In this document: positions 59,488 through 64,000 of the stretch, one piece after another | Numbering within the stretch: position 1 is the first letter of the stretch | Layout of the letters: each line of letters starts with the position of its first letter | NCBI RefSeq assembly: GCF_006345805.1 | Contig: NC_042997.1 | Location: forward strand, 54,436,001 to 54,500,000 | DNA length: 64,000 nucleotides | Source: Octopus sinensis | Taxonomy: Eukaryota | Reading direction: 5' to 3' | The notes under the pieces: generated by a model | Databases searched by the model: none | Told to the model about the DNA's origin: nothing | Seen by the model: only the letters and a program-made list of their open reading frames with translations | Position numbers and translations under genes: made by a program

Positions 59488-61369
59488 ATATATTTAGAGC
59501 TTCGTTTTCTGGTGTGGCTTTCCTTGTTGTTTAATTTGAAGATATTCTTGAACCAGCATATCTGTGATCAAAGGTGGTCCAGCTCTGTCCATCTTTTTTT
59601 CCAAAGTACTTAAGTGCATTACAAAATGCACTCTCTTTTTTAAAAAAAAAAACAAAAGCTGTTTGAGTGAATATCGCATAGAGGTTATTTTATGGTCATA
59701 CTGATCATAAAATCTTTCACACTGAAATTTCTGAATTATTCTGTCATATATGACTGCTAATGTAGCTTTCTGTATGCTAACCTAGAACTAATGTGTGTTC
59801 TCAAAGCCTTTTATGAAGCATTTTCATATCAAAGATTGCTCCTTACTTTTCCAGACTGGGTTTCTAGTTTTGCTATGCTGTTTTCCTTAATCCTAAGTCA
59901 TCCATTTTTTTTTAAAGTCCTTAAATGTCAACAGCAATTCTTAAACCTTTCAAAATTTCAAGCAAGTCCTGTATAGTTTATAGTCTGTAGCTATTCTTAA
60001 ATCTTAAAAAATTTCAGATTTTTCATTGCTTGCTCATCATCTATTCTTGCATCTATGTATTATATATTTGCTGCCTAAGTCGTCACTTGCCTTAAATGCT
60101 TTATTCTGTCCTTTAAGTTACATTCTCATCTATTATAATGTCCTGTTTTCTGCAACACCAAAGTCCTAAGCTCTATCAACTTATGTACCAACTTTCCATT
60201 TGTCTTTCATACAAATGCTATAGTGATTCTATCTGAACTCACCACTCCACAATAGCTAACATTTTATTCTTAGTATGTATCTCTACTTAATCTATGACTG
60301 ATTTCCAGACTATTACAGTTTCCTGATATATCAAAAAAAAATTTAAAGAACCATTCTCACAGAGACCAAGCTCAACTTTACAGACTGTGGATCAATATCA
60401 AAGAAACCAGTCTCAACTGATTCCCAACCTCAGTTATTACAACTTTTTATACCAAGGTGTACCAACTACTTTTAGGCTGCTTTGATTTCAAGAAGTGCTT
60501 GAATATGCATCAACATCTTGACAATTCATTGTCAAACTGACTGACAAGAATGCTGTCATAGTGTAGTGGTCTGTCATCTCAACAAACCACTTTACAAGCT
60601 ATATAACAACCATGCTCACTGCAACCAATACATTCTTTACCACTATTGATAGCAATCTTCCCATTCCACATCCATTATGTTTTTGTCCCTTAAACTTCTT
60701 TCATGCTCTCTGCCACTTCCTTCTTTCACTAACTTGTTACCATCCCTTATGAAAAGTGGCTCCCAAGTCCTTAAATTATTTCTTGACCATCATACCAAAC
60801 TCAAAAACAGCACCATTACTTTTCTATGCACTGCTGAACTAATCATAACCTTCAGTTGTTTCTTCTTTTCGGGAGAATTCTATCAGTGTGCCTGAATATG
60901 CTCTACCCATGCCAGTTAATTGGTTACCTTGAAGTCCAGAATTTATATTAGTTTGTTGGTTCCCAACTCAGAGTGATACAATCATTAATTATGTCAGTGC
61001 CATCGTTCACTTCCTCTATTAATTTGTTGGACATCTCATATTCCAATGATTACCTTAACCTCTTCTCCGACTTTTAAAAATTCGTGGATTCCAACTCCTA
61101 CCTTAATTTCTCTTTTTCTTCATCTCATCAAATCAGCTATCCCCTTATTTGCTTAAATTCTGAGGCTGAGTTTAACCAAATGCTCCACTTCTTTCTCTGC
61201 CATCAAGTAGGTTGAGCTATTAATTGCACCTCTGTCCTCTTCTCCATACCTGTCCAACTGTAATGTCAGTTTTCATCTTTCATTATTAATTGATGCTGAA
61301 ATACCTTTAAAAAAATATCACCTTAAACATTATTATAAATTTAACGCTTGGCATAATCTTCGGACTTGC

Positions 61370-61433
61370 CAGCTTCTTTCAATCTGTCTAACCCATGCCA
61401 GTATGGAAGGACATTAAATGATGATGATGATGA
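61370..61433 (+). mobile_element. Short RTE tail fragment
   Basis: aacccatgccagtatggaaggacattaaatgatgatgatgatg. Confidence 0.55.
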
Positions 61434-63258
61434 ATTTTACATTTAATATACATTAATAAAGGTATGTCTTAATTCAGTAAAATATAGAAACAATCTTCGC
61501 TACCATATTTTCAACAGTATAAATGTACCATTTTAATTGGAAAATCTTGCTGACCACTACATTTATATATAGAGAATGATCAGAATAAAATGATAGTGCA
61601 TTCTTTGAAAAAGTTATAAGAAACAACCTACAAAGCAATATATTTTAAGATTCTGCTTTAATGAGGTTGCATAATTTTCTACTCTCTATATATTCTCATA
61701 CAGAGTGAGTTTCACAAATACTGTATTAACTATTTGAATGTTCTAGTAGATACATTGTCATTCAGTGGAGTTTTGTCATGGTTTACTTAAGTATCATTTT
61801 GTCATATATCTATTTATGATGCTCACATATTATCCTCTCAAATAAATATGAACAGTACACAACTAGAAATGTTGAGGTTGTTACAACTGTTAGACCTCCT
61901 CATCACTCCTGCACATTTTCAATACAGCCAAAGATTTGTCTTCTTTTTCAAGACTAGAAAATACGAGCACAAATACAACAAACATCCTAGTTCACATAGA
62001 AGTCATTCACCTGATTAGCAATGCTTCTATCAGTAACATATTACAACCATCAACTCTCTTAGCTACTTTAACGGGCTGTCATCATTATCATCATTTCACA
62101 CCTGATTGTCCATGCTGAAATGGGTTGGATGAGTTGTCATCATCTAGCTTTGTTTTGTTTTTTTTCAGTGTCTAACTCATATGACCTACTCTGGGTTTTG
62201 TTTCTATTGTTAAATGCCCTTCCAAAACACAAACTACTACACTGTGGCTGTCATATTCTAGGCATGACCAAAGAGTCCATTCTAGCCTACAGTGTTGCTA
62301 TTTAAACACCAGTTACTTTACAATGAGTACAAAGCATATTTTGTTATTGAATCAACATTTGAGAAGTTACTCTGTTCCCTGCTAGACTTTCTTTCTTTTC
62401 TACGTAGTCTCAGTTTTTTACCGGCATGTGACAAAGTATAAACAAAGGGGCAGTGATAACCAAGAATGTGAAAGAGTATGTATATGTGATGAAAGAAACA
62501 GAGAACAGTAGGGGAAAAAAATGATGGCTACATGTAAAAGGTTGAAAAGAAAAATATGACTAACTTGATGGCATAGCAACAAAGATAATGTATCATAGTA
62601 GAAGAAAGTGATGATAACATAACAAAGATGGTAGTTAGTGAGAGTAAAAGAGACAGTGGTATGTCTAAAAACATCAGGATGTTTCTTACAGATATTGCAA
62701 CCTTCTGAAGTACATCACATATCCATTTTTTCTTTTAAACATTAAGCTATAATTATTCAAGCTGAACATCAATCTTACCAGTCAAGATGTAAAACTACAG
62801 GTAACCATATTTTTAGTGAGACAACTACAAGAAAAAGTTTCAGTAAATACCATCCCAGTCTACTTAACATTTATCAATCTGTAGAATATTTCTGTAGCAG
62901 AGAGTATGAAATCCCAGTACTGTCTTACATGTTGCTTGCTCAACATGTAAGAAAAGAGGTAGGAGTTTGATACTGTGTACAGAGAAAGGTATACAAAATA
63001 TATAGGAATAATATGGCAAATTGAGAGAGGATAGGTACTTCAAATGCTTGAAATGTAAATGAGTAATTAACAGTAACACACACATTAAATATACTGCTAA
63101 TCAAATACTGTGCATATAAAAGATATAATGGAATCTCAGAAAGATCGCCAGTATTGAATAATGAACTTGACAGTAGAGTGATGAAATCCAAAAAAACAAA
63201 TTAATTTATTTTAAAATATATAATTTGTAGAAAACATCTGACTAGAGATATTGTACAT

Positions 63259-63999
63259 TTATGGTTTCTCTCCTGTGTGGGTACGTTTATGTTTAGTTAA
63301 ATTATCACTTCGAGAAAATGTTTCATCACAGATATCACAGTGGTATGGCTTTTCACCTGTATGAATACGTTTGTGTCGAGCAAAATGACTGTTTTGTGAG
63401 AATGTTTTACCACAAATATCACAGTGGTATGGTCTTACTCCTGTGTGAATACGAACGTGGCGAGACAAATTAGCGCTTCCGGAACATGTTTTACCACAAA
63501 TATCACAGTCATAAGGTCTCTCTTCTGTGTGAATGCGTTTGTGACGAGTCAACTCAAAACTCCCAGAGTATGTCTTACCACAAATATCACAGTAATACGG
63601 TCTTTTTCCTGTGTGAATGCGTTTATGGGAAGCTAAAGTACTAGATATGGAGAATGATTTGCCACAGACATCACAATGATATGGTTTTTCCCCTGTATGA
63701 ATACGTTTATGGGTCACTAAATTACTGGTTACAGAGAATGCCTTACCACAGACATCACAACGGTATGGTTTCTCTCTGGTGTGAGTGCGTTTGTGGGCAA
63801 CTAAGTGACCATTCTCAGAAAAAGCTTTACCGCAGTCATCACAATGGTATGGTTTCTCTCCTGTGTGAACACGTATGTGTCGAGAGAAACTATCTTTCTG
63901 GGAGAAATTTTTACCACAAATATCACAGTGGTATGGTTTTCTTCCTGTATGAATATGTTTGTGTCGAGAGAAATTACTACTTTGAGAGAATGATTTACC
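63259..63999 (-). CDS. C2H2 zinc-finger protein ZNF6, 3' part only (8 complete fingers and 1 partial); 5' end outside the window
   Basis: The frame is open from 63999 to the TAA at 63259. The track's start at 63717 is an internal GTG. Confidence 0.92.
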   Translation of the reverse strand, partial: GKSFSQSSNFSRHKHIHTGRKPYHCDICGKNFSQKDSFSRHIRVHTGEKPYHCDDCGKAFSENGHLVAHKRTHTREKPYRCDVCGKAFSVTSNLVTHKRIHTGEKPYHCDVCGKSFSISSTLASHKRIHTGKRPYYCDICGKTYSGSFELTRHKRIHTEERPYDCDICGKTCSGSANLSRHVRIHTGVRPYHCDICGKTFSQNSHFARHKRIHTGEKPYHCDICDETFSRSDNLTKHKRTHTGEKP

Positions 64000-64000
64000 A

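Noticed and set aside
60000-61260. Purine-skewed stretch suggestive of an old LINE (similar case at 36280-36960)
   Set aside because: No diagnostic protein motif could be read with confidence.
9125-64000. Many 60-190 aa ORFs overlapping the ZNF genes ([19 protein letters not shown]; [17 protein letters not shown]; [12 protein letters not shown] types)
   Set aside because: Alternative-frame and antisense readings of the 84-bp finger repeat.

Overview
AT-rich animal (eukaryotic) genomic DNA. By inference from its SINE/RTE repertoire and gene type it is most likely an octopus or other coleoid cephalopod. The window holds a tandem cluster of C2H2 zinc-finger genes, each with one coding exon and no KRAB, SCAN, BTB or ZAD domain. 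ZNF1 (8416-9954) and ZNF2 (21194-22528) are on the + strand. ZNF3 (33870-34742, frameshifted in its last finger), a pseudogene (~41240-41945), ZNF4 (43798-45234), ZNF5 (56029-57363) and ZNF6 (63259 to the window edge) are on the - strand. An orphan 3' block at 1900-2570 implies a further + strand unit before the window. The paralogues share a non-coding first exon, an intron with conserved donor and acceptor, a 24-aa acidic leader with an atypical first finger, a stop codon at the linker Tyr position and long homologous 3' flanks. ZNF1 has a 30-copy acidic heptad (NIESDTE) expansion in its leader. Intergenic DNA is dense with decayed non-LTR retrotransposons (RTE, CR1, an RTEX-like and a CRE-like RT), tRNA-derived SINEs and MITEs. 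The most striking unexplained signal is a set of type I hammerhead-ribozyme cores with palindromic helix III in small Penelope-like repeats. One is a 174-bp element with an 11-bp TSD inserted at a ZNF-type poly(A) signal (2576-2749). The others form a family with a 30-nt helix II and compensatory base changes (14955-15018, and a head-to-head pair at 51250-51409). All alignments and folds were done by eye; no database searches were run.
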